Source: Nannocystis bainbridge (GTDB taxonomy: Bacteria; Myxococcota_A; Polyangia; Nannocystales; Nannocystaceae). From it: 64,000 nucleotides of DNA. This document shows positions 47,340 to 55,468 of the stretch, piece by piece (positions within the stretch are counted from its first letter, which is position 1; the number at the start of each line of letters is the position of its first letter). The position numbers were made by a program, and so were the translations under genes. The DNA lies in contig NZ_JAQNDL010000003.1 in assembly GCF_028368995.1 (NCBI RefSeq), positions 1,728,001 to 1,792,000 of the forward strand. Reading direction: 5' to 3'. The notes beneath the pieces are model-generated. The model ran no database searches. It was given only the letters and a program-made list of their open reading frames with translations, and was not told the origin of the DNA.

Positions 47340-50058
47340 CCCGCTCCGCCGCGCCTGCCTTTTTGCGCCCACGCTCGCCGCGGCCCTCGCCTGCGAACCG
47401 CCGGCGCCCCCGCAGCCCGCCGCCCCCCTCGACGTCGAATTCGTCGGCTGCGAGGCCGTCCTGCGCGGCCCGATCTGCACCGTCGCCGCCGAGCCCGCGC
47501 CGCTGGTCCTGTGGATCGACGCCGCCCCCGGCCGCAGCTTCGCCGCCAGCATCGACGGCGCCGACCTGCCCACCACCGCCCGTACCGTCGCCGGTGGCCT
47601 GCAGCTCCGCCTCACCCCGCCGGCGCGCGGCGGCACCCTCGAGCTCCGCGAGCCCGGGCACGACGCTCGCTGGTCGCTGCCGCTGCGCCCCTCGTTGCGC
47701 GCCCCGGCCCTCGCGCCTGCCTGGGCCTCGCTGCGCGCCGGTGACCTCGACGCCGCCGAGGCCGCGCTGGTCCCCGGCGACGATCCTCGGACCCGCGCCG
47801 AGGCGCTGACCCTGCGGCGCAAGCTCGCGTTTCGCCGCGCCCAGGCGGCCCGCGGCGAGGCCCGCGAGGCCGCGATCGCCGGGGCGCTGCAGCTCGCCGA
47901 AGCCGCCGTGCGGGCCGCCGACGCCGCCGATCTCGCCAGCGAGATCGGCGAGACCGCGCTGGCTGCCGCCTGGCTGGCGATCCACGGCCAGCGCGACATC
48001 CTGTCCGCAAAGACATGGCTCAGGCGCCAGCAGGCGGCCCACGCCCACGACCCCCGGGCCCGGGCCACCGCTCCTTATTACGCCGGCCTGGCCGCCTACG
48101 CCGCCGGCGATCTGCGCGGCGCCCTGCGCTCGTTCGCCGCTGGCGCGGCGCGGAGCCGCCGGCTCGACCTCGTGGCCGACGAGCAGGCGGCCGCGGCGAT
48201 GCACGCCGTGGTCCTGGCGGAGCTCGGCCGCGGCGACGAGGTCCTGGCCCAGGCGCGCCGCGCCGGCCTCACCGCCGCCGCCCTGCAGCCGTGCGACCGC
48301 GCCGCCCTGCTCACCAACATCGGCTGGTCGCTGCTGCTGCTCGCCGAGGCCGGCCAGCCCGCCGACGACCCGACCGCCGCGCTCGAGCAGGCGCTGGCGC
48401 TCAGCGAGCCCGGCGGCGCCTGCCCGGACCCGGCCAAGGCCGACAACCTGCGCATCAACCTCGCCCTGGCCGCGCTCGGGCGGGGCGAGCCCGATGAGGC
48501 CCGGCCGCTGCTGGGCCTCGTCCGCGAGCACGCGCCGACCGGCCGCGCCGCTCTGTGGCTGCGCGAGCTCGAGGGCCGCGCCGACCAACTCGAGGGCCGA
48601 CCGCTCGCCGACGCCGAGCTGCTCGCGCGCGACCCTACCGAGCTCGAGCCCGGCCTGCGGTGGAGCGCCGCCGTGCGCCGCGGCCAGGCCCTCGCCCGCG
48701 CCGGCCTGCCCACCGCCGCCCTGGCCGTCTACGCCGGGGCCGAGGCGCTGCTCGACGACATGCTGCGCGCCATCGACCTCGACGAGGGCCGCGAGCTGTT
48801 CCTCGCCGGCAAGCTCCGCAGCTCGCGGCTGCTCGTCGACCTGCTCGTCGACCTCGGCCGCCCCGACGAGGCCCTGTGCGCCGCCCGCCTGGCCCGCCTC
48901 CGCTCCCTCCGCGCGCTCGACCGCGCCGCCCGGCTCGAGTCTCTCGGCCTCGCCGCCCGCGAGCGCTGGGACGCGGCGATCGCCGAGCACCAGCGCCGCC
49001 GCGAGCGTCACGGCCAGCTCGAGCGCGACGCCTGGCGCTTCGTCGGCCCCGCCGGCGAGCGTCACGACCAGCGCCGCGAGCTCGAGCGCGACGCCGCGGC
49101 CCGGGCCCTCGACGCCGCCTACGCCGCCCTCGGCGACACCGCCCCACCCCCGCGCTGCGCCGACCTGCGGCCGCCCGGGCCCGACGAGCTGCTGCTGCTC
49201 GTCGTGCCCGGCGACGACGGCTGGCTCGCCTTCGCCAGCGATCGCGACGGCGTCGCCGTGGTCCGCCTGCCCGAATTCGACCCCCGCCACCCCGCCGCCG
49301 GCGACCTCCTCCTGCGACCGTTCGCCGACCGCCTGGCCCGCGCCGCCCGGCTCCGCGTCATACCTGTCTCTTCGGACATCCAGCTGCACGCCCTGACCGT
49401 CGCCGGCGAGGTCGTCGCGGCCCGCTGGCCCGTCGCCTACTCGCTCGACCTCCCCCCGCGCCCGCCCCCCGCCGCCGGCAGCCGCGAGGCCCTCGTCGTC
49501 GCCGACGCCACCGGCAACCTCGCCCACGCCCGCGACGAGGCCCGCGCCGTCGCGGCAGCGCTCGCGCGCGGCGGCTTCCACGTCACCCACCTCGAGCACG
49601 GCCAGGCCACCACCGCCGCCGTCACCCGCGGCCTCGGCACCGCCGCCCTGCTCCACTACGCCGGCCACGGCAAGCGCGAGGGCGTGAGCGGCTGGGACAG
49701 CGCCCTCGCCCTCGCCGAGGACGCCAGCTTCGGCGTCGGCGACGTCCTCGCCCTCCCGCGCGTGCCCGCGACCGTCGTCCTGTCCGGCTGTGAGACCGGC
49801 GCCAGCGACCCGTTCGCCCTCGCCGGCGGCATGAACCTCGCGCGCGCCTTTTTGCTGGTCGGCGCCGACGCGGTGATCGCCGCCAGCGACGTCATCGACG
49901 ACGCGCTCGCGGCCGAGGTCAGCGCCGACCTCTATCGCAGCCTCGACCCCGACGCCCCGTTCGACGCCCCCGCCCGCCTGCGCGAAGTCCTGCTCGAGCT
50001 GCGCCGCGCCCACCCGGCCACCGACGAGTGGAAGAAATTCCGCGCCTTCGTCCCCTGA
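47329..50058 (+). CDS. TPR-CHAT (caspase-like) protease, predicted lipoprotein
   Basis: Catalytic motifs LHYAGHG and VLSGCETG; GLARAF-like NLARAFLLVGA; TPR-like helices; N-terminal LAAALAC (Cys22). Confidence 0.92.
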   Translation: MPTDPLRRACLFAPTLAAALACEPPAPPQPAAPLDVEFVGCEAVLRGPICTVAAEPAPLVLWIDAAPGRSFAASIDGADLPTTARTVAGGLQLRLTPPARGGTLELREPGHDARWSLPLRPSLRAPALAPAWASLRAGDLDAAEAALVPGDDPRTRAEALTLRRKLAFRRAQAARGEAREAAIAGALQLAEAAVRAADAADLASEIGETALAAAWLAIHGQRDILSAKTWLRRQQAAHAHDPRARATAPYYAGLAAYAAGDLRGALRSFAAGAARSRRLDLVADEQAAAAMHAVVLAELGRGDEVLAQARRAGLTAAALQPCDRAALLTNIGWSLLLLAEAGQPADDPTAALEQALALSEPGGACPDPAKADNLRINLALAALGRGEPDEARPLLGLVREHAPTGRAALWLRELEGRADQLEGRPLADAELLARDPTELEPGLRWSAAVRRGQALARAGLPTAALAVYAGAEALLDDMLRAIDLDEGRELFLAGKLRSSRLLVDLLVDLGRPDEALCAARLARLRSLRALDRAARLESLGLAARERWDAAIAEHQRRRERHGQLERDAWRFVGPAGERHDQRRELERDAAARALDAAYAALGDTAPPPRCADLRPPGPDELLLLVVPGDDGWLAFASDRDGVAVVRLPEFDPRHPAAGDLLLRPFADRLARAARLRVIPVSSDIQLHALTVAGEVVAARWPVAYSLDLPPRPPPAAGSREALVVADATGNLAHARDEARAVAAALARGGFHVTHLEHGQATTAAVTRGLGTAALLHYAGHGKREGVSGWDSALALAEDASFGVGDVLALPRVPATVVLSGCETGASDPFALAGGMNLARAFLLVGADAVIAASDVIDDALAAEVSADLYRSLDPDAPFDAPARLREVLLELRRAHPATDEWKKFRAFVP

Positions 50059-50069
50059 CGAAAAAAGTT

Positions 50070-50100
50070 TGTAAGCGCCGGCCGCCTCGTCGCCAACGAG
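50070..50100 (+). promoter_or_regulatory. putative ECF promoter, copy 2
   Basis: TGTAAG-N12-CGTCGCCAACGAG preceded by an A-tract. Confidence 0.65.
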
Positions 50101-50231
50101 TCGATGTCAGCCGTCGACGGCCACCGCCCCGCGAGCCGCCGACCACCCTCCGCCCTTCGCACCTGCGCGCGACGATCCGTCGCCGGTGCAATCGCGGCGA
50201 CGCCTCCCGCTCGCCGAGAAAGCCACCCATC

Positions 50232-50870
50232 ATGCCCCTGCGCTCGCTCTCCTTCCTGATCTTCACCACGAGCCTCGTCGCCGGCCTCGTCGCCCCCGAA
50301 GCCGCCGCCACCGAGGTCGCCAGCAACGTCCCGTTCGCCGCCATCGAGCCGGTCATGCTGCGCTACCCGGTCGGCAGCCTCGGCGCCGACCTCCCGATCG
50401 AGCTCCGCGTGCGCCACCAGAACCTCACCCACCGGCTCGAGGGCGCGTGCAAGCTCAAGCTCGTCTCACAGAGCCCGCCGAAGCGCCGGCTCGTGTGCCC
50501 CGGCGTCGGCTCGGTCGACGTCGAGCTCGTCGAGCAGCTCCCGGCCCAGCTGTCCTTCCTCGCCGACCTGCGCGACTTCCAGCTCGCGCCCGGCATCCCG
50601 GGCGAGCTCCGCGGCGTGGTCCTCGGCGACGACGAGCCCCTGATCTCCTCCATCCGCGTCGAGCGCCACTGGTTCTGGGGCGTCAGCTGCATCCTCGAGC
50701 CGACCGACGCCAACAAATGCGACCTGGCCTGCGGCCTCGTCGGCGCCGCCGACAGCGAGGTCCGCGGCTACGCCGACCACGTCAACGACCAGTGCATCGC
50801 CATCTGCAGCTGCCTCGACGCCGCCGGCCACATCCTGACCAACACCGTCGTCGCCACCGCCCCCTTCTAA
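50232..50870 (+). CDS. secreted protein with C-terminal six-Cys domain
   Basis: Signal peptide ending PEAAA; C-x9-C-x3-C-x20-C-x3-C-x-C. Confidence 0.8.
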   Translation: MPLRSLSFLIFTTSLVAGLVAPEAAATEVASNVPFAAIEPVMLRYPVGSLGADLPIELRVRHQNLTHRLEGACKLKLVSQSPPKRRLVCPGVGSVDVELVEQLPAQLSFLADLRDFQLAPGIPGELRGVVLGDDEPLISSIRVERHWFWGVSCILEPTDANKCDLACGLVGAADSEVRGYADHVNDQCIAICSCLDAAGHILTNTVVATAPF

Positions 50871-50883
50871 AAGACAATCAATC

Positions 50884-51007
50884 TGTCCCTCGAGACAGCT
50901 CGCTGTGCTCCGCGAAGACCTGTCCCTTCGCACGCCCCACCGAGGCCCTCGCCGACCTGTCCGTTCGGACACCTCCCCGCGTCCTCTCCGACCTGTCCCT
51001 TCGGACA
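50884..51007. repeat. four 14-bp palindrome-family units at 36-37-bp period
   Basis: TGTCCCTCGAGACA 50884, TGTCCCTTCGCACG 50921, TGTCCGTTCGGACA 50958, TGTCCCTTCGGACA 50994. Confidence 0.85.
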
Positions 51008-51082
51008 TCATCGGTCTCTGGCCGCTCCAGACGAATACCCGATCACCGCGGTGTTTCACCGCCCACCACGAAAGCTTCAGCC

Positions 51083-51712
51083 ATGACCACCATCTTCCGC
51101 ACCCTCCTCGTCGCCTCCACCCTCTCTGCCGTCGCCCTCGCCGTCCCCGCGCGCGCCGAGGCTGCTTGCGGCAGCTCCGCCGCCACCGTCGCCGGCGACG
51201 TGTGGGAGCAGTTTCACGACGAGGCCCTCATGCTCGGCTGCGCCGCCGGCTCGGTCCTCGCCAGCGTCGACTTCGACGACTGCTACGGCACCCTCTCCTT
51301 CTACAACGACATCTTCGACGCCATGGTCGGCTGGTGGAACGACATGGCCAACAACAGCTGGGCCACGATCGGCCCGCGCCAGCTCCAGTGGAGCGGCATC
51401 ATGAACGGCACCCTGCAGCTCGGCGGCGGCCGGGTGTTCTGCAGCGCCGCGCCCTCGAACAAGGACACCGTCGAGATCTCCATCGAAAAGCTCGACGGCC
51501 GCGCCGAGACCGAGGTCGAGATCTGCAAGATGCGCAAGGACGGCTCGTCGCTCACCACCCACACCTTCACCTTCGCCAACGGCCTCGACAACGTCGGCAC
51601 CGTCAAGACCCGCACCGTCACCGGCGCCAAGGACGACGTCATCTGCGTCCACCTCAACAACAAGTCGGTGACCAACTCCTTCCAGTACTCGATCGACGCC
51701 GACAAGTTCTGA
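51083..51712 (+). CDS. secreted Cys-containing hypothetical protein
   Basis: Signal peptide ending ARAEA; helical N-half (WWNDMANNSW) and beta-rich C-half. Confidence 0.85.
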   Translation: MTTIFRTLLVASTLSAVALAVPARAEAACGSSAATVAGDVWEQFHDEALMLGCAAGSVLASVDFDDCYGTLSFYNDIFDAMVGWWNDMANNSWATIGPRQLQWSGIMNGTLQLGGGRVFCSAAPSNKDTVEISIEKLDGRAETEVEICKMRKDGSSLTTHTFTFANGLDNVGTVKTRTVTGAKDDVICVHLNNKSVTNSFQYSIDADKF

Positions 51713-51791
51713 GCGGCCCCGCCCGACCGACCGCAGCCCGGCGAGCGCCTTCGCGCCGCCGCGGCGCTTCGCCGTCGCAAAAACTTTGGTC

Positions 51792-51822
51792 TGTAAGAGT
51801 CCGCCGCCTCGCCGCCAATGAG
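51792..51822 (+). promoter_or_regulatory. putative ECF promoter, copy 3
   Basis: TGTAAG-N12-CGCCGCCAATGAG preceded by an A-tract (CAAAAACTTT). Confidence 0.65.
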
Positions 51823-51843
51823 GCCGGCGAGGTGATGATCGAC

Positions 51844-53928
51844 ATGCGCAAAAGCCCCAAGAACTCGGACCCTGGACACTCGACGCGCGGCTGCAGGGTC
51901 GCGGGTGCCACGGCCTTCGCCTGCGCCCTGCTCGGCGCGTGCGACAGCGACCTCCCGCCGGACCTCGAAGCGACCGCCGAAGTCGCCGATGACCTCGAGG
52001 TCCCCGCTGCCGTCGCAACAGAACACGACCCCGCGCTCCACCCCGACCTCACCCCCGAGTCCGACCCCGCCCCCGCCGACCTGTCCCTCGCGGACGACTC
52101 CTCCGACATGTCCCCGAGGACAGGCTTCGATCCCTGCCCTGAAGGGCGCCAGATCGCCCTCGACCCGCCCGGCGGCTGCACCCACCGCAGCGGTCCCCTG
52201 GGCTACTGGAAGGCCACCTCGCTGTTCGCCGAGGTGACCCCGCCCCTCACCGACGCCGGCGCTCCCCCGCCCGCGCTCGCCGGCTACTGCCAGTTCACCT
52301 GGACCCCCAATTCGCCCGCCATCCCCCCGCAGCTCACCTACCTCCCCGCCTCCGCCGAGAGCGGCCTCGCCCCCGATTGCGAGGTCGTGTGGGGTCAGGG
52401 CGACGTGCTCACCGACGCGCTCGCCGACGACCTGCGCGACGCTCACCAGCGTCACCTCGGCGCCGCCCCGCAGTTCGTCAACCCGGGCGCGCCCGTCCCC
52501 GTCACCATCGCCGTGCTCGACTCGGCCCCCAACGCCTTTGTCGACGCCCGCTCCGACCACGGCGAGAGCGTCGGCGAGACCATCCGCCGCGTCGCCTGCG
52601 CTGGCCCGGGCCAGTGCACGAACCTGGTCCGCTACGAGCTCGCCCTGCCGCGCTTCGGCGAGCACAACGTCGACTGGACCCTTGGCGGCCACTACGGCAG
52701 CCAGCGCGAGCTGGCCCAGGCGATCTTCGGCAGCGTGCGGCGGTGGAAGAGCGCCGGCGCCTCGCAGCGGCTCGTCCTCAACGTCAGCCTCGCCTGGGAG
52801 CCCAACCTGTTCGGCGGCACCGGCTCGCCCGCGACCATGCCCGCGCCCGCGCGCGCCGTGTTCCACGCCCTGCAGTACGCCGCCTGCGAGGGCGCCCTGA
52901 TCGTCACCGCCGCCGGCAACGCCACCGGCGACACCTGCCAGACCGGTCCGATGGCCCCGGCGATCTGGGAGAGCCGCGCCGCCCCGACCCCCGCGCTGTG
53001 CCAGGCGTTCGGCGTCGCCAACTCGACCTCCTCGGCCGCGTTCCCGCTGGTCCGCGCCGTCTCGGGGATCGGTCACGACAATCGCCCGCTGCAGGCGACG
53101 CGCCCCGGCGGCCGCCCGCGCCTCGCCGCGCCCGCATTCATGGCAGTCGGTGGCCCCAACGCCCAGCCGACCACGCCCCTGACCGGCACCTCGCTCGCCG
53201 CCGCCAGCGTCAGCGGCGTCGCGGCGCTCGCCTGGTCGTACGAGCCCGGCCTCACCGCCGGCCAGCTCGGCCAGCGCCTCTACGCCGCCGCCGCCCCGAT
53301 CCTCCCGCACGTCCCCGCCCAGTTCGGCACCACCGACCCGATCCGCCGGATCACCGCCTGCTCGACCCTCGCCGCCTGCACCGGCGCCCGCTGCCCCACC
53401 GTCGTCTGCAGCGCCCCGCTCCCCGACCTCGCGGCGCTCGCCGACGCCTCGTACCTCGCGGTCGACGCCCTGCGCGACGCCGACAGCCTCGACATGGTCG
53501 ACGCCCTGGCCGTGACCACCGCCAGCGCCTGCACCGACGTCTGCGGCGATTCGCTCCACACCTTCACCCCTGCAAGCGGCGCCCAGACCGCCTGCGATCA
53601 CGACGAGGTCGCCGGCCGCCAGCGCTACACCAGCCCCCAGCCCGAGTGGCCGGCCTGCCCCGCCTGCTTCCTCAGCAACAGCAACGCGACCGCCTACCTC
53701 GCCCTCGGCGAGCGCTTCGCCGATCGCACCGTCAGCGACGTCGAGCTCGAGCTCGAGGACGCCAACGCGACCCAGCGCTTCGTCCTCGGCGCGCTGCCCC
53801 TCACCGTCGACCGCGTCACCGAGGTCACCCTCCCACCCGACGAGCTGTTGGCGACCCCCCGCCGCGCGACCCTCCACATCACCTTCGCCTCCGGCGCGAC
53901 CCAGAGCAACGAGATCCCGATCCACTGA
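51844..53928 (+). CDS. S8 family (subtilisin-like) serine peptidase, predicted lipoprotein
   Basis: IAVLDS (Asp), DHGESV (His), AAGN (oxyanion Asn), LTGTSLAAASVSG (Ser); lipobox LLGAC. Confidence 0.92.
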   Translation: MRKSPKNSDPGHSTRGCRVAGATAFACALLGACDSDLPPDLEATAEVADDLEVPAAVATEHDPALHPDLTPESDPAPADLSLADDSSDMSPRTGFDPCPEGRQIALDPPGGCTHRSGPLGYWKATSLFAEVTPPLTDAGAPPPALAGYCQFTWTPNSPAIPPQLTYLPASAESGLAPDCEVVWGQGDVLTDALADDLRDAHQRHLGAAPQFVNPGAPVPVTIAVLDSAPNAFVDARSDHGESVGETIRRVACAGPGQCTNLVRYELALPRFGEHNVDWTLGGHYGSQRELAQAIFGSVRRWKSAGASQRLVLNVSLAWEPNLFGGTGSPATMPAPARAVFHALQYAACEGALIVTAAGNATGDTCQTGPMAPAIWESRAAPTPALCQAFGVANSTSSAAFPLVRAVSGIGHDNRPLQATRPGGRPRLAAPAFMAVGGPNAQPTTPLTGTSLAAASVSGVAALAWSYEPGLTAGQLGQRLYAAAAPILPHVPAQFGTTDPIRRITACSTLAACTGARCPTVVCSAPLPDLAALADASYLAVDALRDADSLDMVDALAVTTASACTDVCGDSLHTFTPASGAQTACDHDEVAGRQRYTSPQPEWPACPACFLSNSNATAYLALGERFADRTVSDVELELEDANATQRFVLGALPLTVDRVTEVTLPPDELLATPRRATLHITFASGATQSNEIPIH

Positions 53929-54177
53929 GCCTGGAGCGAGCCGGCGCGACGGAGTCGCCGCACGGCCGAGCCCCGCGCTCGGCCATCGTCTCGGCATCGA
54001 ATCGAGCGAGCGTCCCCAACGCCCGCCCGACTCTCATCATTCTCTGCCCCGAACTGCCCCACGATTCGAACTCTTATCATTCCCCTCCGCAGCTGGGCTC
54101 GCCGGCTCGCTCCTCTCCCGCACTCCCGGGGGTCTCTCGCCTCGCCCCGCGATTTCGTGATAGATGCGATCACCCCC

Positions 54178-55314
54178 ATGTCTGCCGACCCCGCCGAGTT
54201 CACGCAGTTCTTCCTCGACCTGCTCGACCTGTGCGCCGTCATCCCTGGCGCGCGCGTCCCTCCCGGCGCCAGCGACCCCGAGCTCGCCGCTCTCGAGGCC
54301 GAGCTCGAATACCCCCTGCCTGCCGATTTACGGACCGCCCTGAGCCTCTGTGACGGCCTCGAGGCCCCCGAGCTCGCCGGCCCTGGCAGCGACGCCGGCC
54401 TCCTCTCCGTCGCCGGCATCCGCGAGCGCTGGCGGTCCCTGCGTGAGCTCGACGGCGCCGCCGATCGCCGGCTCTTGCCGATCGCCGACGACAACGGCGT
54501 CCTCCGCTACCTCGTCCTGATCCCCGGCTCCAAGCATTTCGGCGCCGTCGCCACCTGGGACAGCGACGGTGACGCCTGGGGCGTCGTGCGCGGCAAGCCC
54601 GTCGCCAGCCTGCGGGCCCTGCTCGAGAAGGCCCTGCCCAAGCTGCAGAAGAAGCTGCCCAAGGGCCTGCCGATCATCCCCGGATTCGCCCGCGGCGCCG
54701 CCCCCGACCCCGACACCCTCGCCGGCATCATCGCCGGCCTGCAGGCCAGCCTGAAGAGACACCAGCCGATCGACGACCGCCTGCAGTTGTTCGCCCGCGA
54801 CCCTGCCCTGCTGACCGCCATCCTCGACGCCCTCCTGCGCGCCGGGGCCCCGCTGCTGGCCCTCGCCGAGCATCACCCCCACGTCGCCCAGGTCGCAGCG
54901 CGGCTCGACGCCGGCCTCCTGCTGGCCGCGCTCACCCGCTACGAGCCGGTCGCCACCCCCCACGAGCCGCGGCTGCTGCTCGACTGGAGCGCCCACCTCG
55001 ACGACATCACCGCCGCCCTCGTCGCCCGGTCGGCCCCGAGGTCGAGGAGAGCTGAGACTCCGCCCCGTCGCTCAGCCCCGAGCGCGTCGCCACGCGCCCG
55101 CCGTCACGCTTCGCCTGAGCCGGGTGAAGGTGGCAGATGCACCGGCAGACGTCGTCGCGCAGTTGCCGGCCACAAGCGGTTCAGATCCAACTCGCGCACC
55201 CAGCGCTTTCCACCGCTCGACGACATGGCGCCAGGCGCGCTCAAGTGGCCGTCAAGTTGCCCGAGGGGTCCCAAGGGCTGCTCTCCGGAAAGTTTGAGGA
55301 GCCGAATCAAGTAG
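54178..55314 (+). CDS. SMI1/KNR4 (SUKH) family protein, probably 3'-disrupted near 55030
   Basis: PGASDPELAALEAELEYPLPADLRTALSLCDG. Codon bias collapses after about 55030; a -1 frame gives VGPEVEES* (stop at 55055). Confidence 0.75.
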   Translation: MSADPAEFTQFFLDLLDLCAVIPGARVPPGASDPELAALEAELEYPLPADLRTALSLCDGLEAPELAGPGSDAGLLSVAGIRERWRSLRELDGAADRRLLPIADDNGVLRYLVLIPGSKHFGAVATWDSDGDAWGVVRGKPVASLRALLEKALPKLQKKLPKGLPIIPGFARGAAPDPDTLAGIIAGLQASLKRHQPIDDRLQLFARDPALLTAILDALLRAGAPLLALAEHHPHVAQVAARLDAGLLLAALTRYEPVATPHEPRLLLDWSAHLDDITAALVARSAPRSRRAETPPRRSAPSASPRARRHASPEPGEGGRCTGRRRRAVAGHKRFRSNSRTQRFPPLDDMAPGALKWPSSCPRGPKGCSPESLRSRIK

Positions 55315-55468
55315 CCGTCACGTACAACCCCGCCCGAGAATTAGATTTGGCAGGCTCAAATCTTCGCCGCAGAGCGCGCCAATCAAGTACCCGTCAAGTT
55401 CGCTTCTGCCCAAATACCCCGCCGCCCCGAAGTTTGAAGCCCAGCGAGGTCTGGGAAGCAAGTAGCCA

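Noticed and set aside
50884-51007. Mini-CRISPR
   Set aside because: Repeats (about 14-20 bp) and spacers (about 16-23 bp) are too short and degenerate; no cas genes or leader.
54030-54083. Fur-box-like ACTCTYATCATTC direct repeat (40-bp period)
   Set aside because: Only half-site similarity and no iron-related gene nearby; too weak to call.
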